From Chiloscyllium plagiosum (Eukaryota): a stretch of DNA of 38,461 bases. A model generated the notes under the pieces. The model did no database searches. It worked only from the letters and a program-made list of their open reading frames with translations, and had not been told where the DNA came from. Where the stretch lies: positions 1,635,704 through 1,674,164 of the forward strand of contig NC_057720.1 of assembly GCF_004010195.1 (NCBI RefSeq). The letters are read 5' to 3'. Made by a program: the position numbers and the translations under genes. The first letter of the stretch is position 1; each line of letters begins with the position of its first letter. Of this stretch, positions 35,685 to 38,461 are shown piece by piece.

Positions 35685-35930
35685 GGATGTAGGTCTGCTC
35701 GTTGAGCTAGAATGTTCATTTTCAGACATTTTGTAACATCATCAGTGAGCCTCTGGATGAAGCACTGGTGGCATGGCCCACTTTCTATTTATGCGTTTAG
35801 GATTACTTGGGTGGATGATGTCATTTCCTGTGGTGACATTATTTTCTGTGCTGACGTCATTTCTTGTTGTTTTTCTCAGGGGATGGTAAATGAGATCCAA
35901 GTCAATGTGTTTGTTGATAGAGTTCCATGT
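35685..35930 (-). mobile_element. Probable third PLE-type terminal fragment, hammerhead partly deleted
   Basis: CAGACATTTTGTAACATCATCAGTG = minus-strand CTGATGA..AAAATGTCTG; layout resembles 38340-38461. Confidence 0.5.
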
Positions 35931-35994
35931 GACTTGTTACAACACAGAGACAAACAGCCAAACCAAAGCCAACTTTTCTAACTGTATTCACAAC

Positions 35995-36345
35995 ACAGTA
36001 AAATTAAAACATTCAAACAGGGAATACAAGAGTTTATTGAAGAAGGAAATCAGGAAGGAGAAATGGGGGCGTGAGGTAGCCTTGGCTGAGAAGATTAGAG
36101 TGAACCCAAAGACATTCTTTAAGTATATTAATGGACAAAGAATAACTAGAGAGAGAATAGGGCCTCTCAATGACCAAAGTTGACATGTATGTGTAGAACT
36201 GCAGGAGATGGGTAAGTTCTCTCTGTGTTTACCATGGAGAAAGACATGAAGATTTTGGAACTTGGGGAAGTTAGTGGTGATATATTGAGCACAGTACCAA
36301 ATTATAGTAGAGTAGGTGTTGGATGTATTAGAATGTATGAAGGTA
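35995..36345 (+). mobile_element. CR1 ORF2 linker fragment
   Basis: LKKEIRKEK...LAEKIRVNPKTFFKYI...RERIGPLNDQ. Confidence 0.85.
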
Positions 36346-36346
36346 G

Positions 36347-36611
36347 AGTGATAGAGTCATAGTTTGATAGAGATGCACAGCAAGGAAACAGACCCTTCGA
36401 TCCAACTCATCCATGCTGACCAGATATCCCCAATCCAACCTAGTCCCACCTGCCAGCATGCTGCCCATATCCCTCCAAACCTTTCCTATTCATAAAACCA
36501 CCCAGATGCCTTTTAAATGTTGCAATTGTACTAGCCTCCACCATTTCCTCTGGCAGCCCCTTCCACACATGCATCACCCATTGCATGAAAAAGTTGCCCT
36601 TTAGGTCTCCT
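36347..36611 (-). mobile_element. CR1 3' end
   Basis: NFFMQWVMHVWKGLPEEMVEASTIATFKRHL. Confidence 0.88.
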
Positions 36612-37268
36612 TTCCACCCTAAAAACCTTCGCATTAACGTCATCATCCGCCGACATTTCTACCACCTCCAAACGGACCCCACCACCAGGGATATATTTCC
36701 CTCTCCACCACTTTCTGCTTTCCGCAAAGACCGTTCCCTCTGTGACTACCTGGTCAGGTCCATGCCCCCCAACAACCCACCATCCTGTCCTGGCACCTTC
36801 CCCTGCCACCGCAGGAATTGCAAAACCTGCGCCCACACCTCCTCCCTTACTTCCATCCAAGGCCCCAAAGGATCCTTCCACATCTACCAAAGTTTCACCT
36901 GCGCATCCACCAATGTCATTTATTGTATCCGTTACTCGATAATGTGGGGAGACTGGATGCCTTCTTGCAGAGCGCTTCAGGGAACATCTCCATGACACCT
37001 GCACCAGTCAACTCCACCGACCCTGTGGCCCAACATTTCAACTCCCCCTCCCACTCTGCCGAGGACATGCAGGTCCTGGGCCACCTCCACCGCCGTTCCC
37101 TCACCACCTGACACCTGGAGGAAGAACACCTCATCTTCCGCCTCGGAACACTTCAACCCCAGGGCATCAATGTGCACTTCACCAGTTTCCTCATTTCCCC
37201 TCCACCCCACCTTAATCCAGTTCCAACCTTCCAGCTCAGCACTGTCCCCATGACCTGTCCTACCTGTA
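36612..37268 (+). mobile_element. Penelope-like (Neptune-type) ORF C-terminus: Cys knuckle and GIY-YIG endonuclease, decayed
   Basis: PCHRRNCKTCAH...FTCASTNVIYCIR...PVAQHFNSPSHS...EEEHLIFRLGTLQPQGIN. Confidence 0.88.
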
Positions 37269-37270
37269 CA

Positions 37271-37729
37271 TCTGAAAATGTGTTGCTGGAAAAGCGCAGC
37301 AGGTCAGGCAGCATCCAAGGAACAGGAGAATCGACGTTTCGGGCATAAGCCCTTCTTCAGGAATGAGGAAAGTTTGTCCAGCAGGCTAAGATAAAAGGTA
37401 GGGAGGAGGAGGGACTTGGGGGAGGGGCGTCAGAAATGTGATAGGTGGAAAGAGGTCAAGGTGAGGGTGATAGGTCAGACTGGGGTGGGGGCGGAGAGGT
37501 CAGGAAGAAGATTGCAGGTTAGGAAGGCGGTGCTGAGTTCCATGGATTTGACTGAGACAAGGTGGGGGGAGGTGAAATGAGGAAATTGGTGAAATCCGAG
37601 TTCATCCCTTGTGGTTGGAGGGTTCCTAGGCGGAAGATGAGGCGCTCTTCCTCCAACCGTCGTGTTGTTGTGGTCTGGCGATGGAGGAGTCCAAAGACCT
37701 GCATATCCTTGGTGGAGTGGGAGGGGGAT
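37271..37729 (-). mobile_element. PLE 3' end (GIY-YIG C-terminus plus pLTR), tail-to-tail with previous copy
   Basis: RRLEEERLIFRLGTLQPQGMNSDFTNF followed by terminus homologous to 4868-4987. Confidence 0.88.
37329..37364 (-). ncRNA. Minimal hammerhead ribozyme motif, intact core
   Basis: Minus strand ATTC-CTGAAGA-A-GGGC TTAT GCCC-GAAACGTC-GATT. Confidence 0.72.
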
Positions 37730-37734
37730 GGACT

Positions 37735-38336
37735 AGATCTCCCTCGTCCATCTTCAGAGTTACTCCCTCGTCCATCTTCAGAGTTACACCCTCAAAAAAT
37801 TCCAGAAGATTAGTCAAGCATGATTTCCCCTTCATAAATCCATACTGACTCTGACCTATCCTGTTACTACTATCCAGATGTGTCATAATTCCATCCTTTA
37901 TAATAGACTCCAGCATCTTTCCCACCACTGAGGTTCAGACTAATTGGTCTATAATTTCCTATTTTCTCTCTCCCACCTTTCTTAAAAAGTGGTACAACAT
38001 TAGCTACCCTCGAATCCGCAGGAACTGATCCCGAATCTATCGAACTTTGGAAAATAATCACCAACACATCCACGATTTCTCGAGCCACCTCCTTCAGTAA
38101 CCTGGGATGTAGACCATCAGGCCCCAGGGACTTATCAACCTTCAGACCTAACAGTCTCTCCAACACCAAATCCTGGCAAATATAAATTCCTTTAAGTTCA
38201 GGTCCTTCAGCCACTGTTACCTCAGGGAGATTGCTTGTGGCTTCCCCAGTGAACACAGATCTGAAGTACCAATTCAATTCTTCTGCCATTTCTTGGTTCC
38301 CTGTAATATATTCCCCTGTTTCTGTCTTCAAGGGCC
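37735..38336 (-). mobile_element. CR1 RT N-terminal fragment
   Basis: KSLGPDGLHPRLLKE...ANVVPLFKKG..GNYRPISL; QYGFMKGKSCLTNLLEFF. Confidence 0.92.
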
Positions 38337-38339
38337 CAA

Positions 38340-38461
38340 GCTGGTAATTTGTGTTGCAGATGTTTCGTCCCCTGTCTAGGTGACATTCTCAGTGCTTGGA
38401 AGCCTCCTGTGAAGCGCTTCTGTGGTGTTTCCTCCGGCATTGAAAGTGGCCTGTCCCTGCC
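38340..38461 (-). mobile_element. PLE-type terminal fragment with decayed hammerhead
   Basis: Minus strand GCA-CTGAGAA-TGTCACC TAGACA GGGGAC-GAAACATC-TGC. Confidence 0.6.

Noticed and set aside
37739..37786. 24-bp in-frame tandem duplication in CR1 RT
   Set aside because: Local duplication at the broken end of a dead element; no functional implication

Overview
Eukaryotic, repeat-dominated DNA from a cartilaginous fish. The HE1-type V-SINEs, HER1/CR1 LINEs, Deu-domain SINE relics, 33-bp minisatellite and GPR139-like paralogues point to a shark, probably a carpet/bamboo shark (inference). I recognise no intact host gene; nearly all listed ORFs are decayed retroelement fragments (CR1, a second CR1/L2-group LINE, L2, RTE, Penelope-like elements [PLEs]) or noise, and there is a 173-N gap. 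The most notable structure is a 1.6-kb composite insertion (30529-32120) bounded by a perfect 16-bp target-site duplication. It has inverted PLE terminal arms, one with an intact minimal hammerhead ribozyme core, and carries fragments of two diverged GPR139-like GPCR paralogues plus a CR1 ORF1 scrap. The second arm begins exactly at the predicted ribozyme cleavage site. Also present: many other hammerhead-bearing PLE termini, a 188-bp near-perfect inverted duplication, nested insertions and a few unverified candidate exons. Repeat boundaries were read by eye and are approximate.
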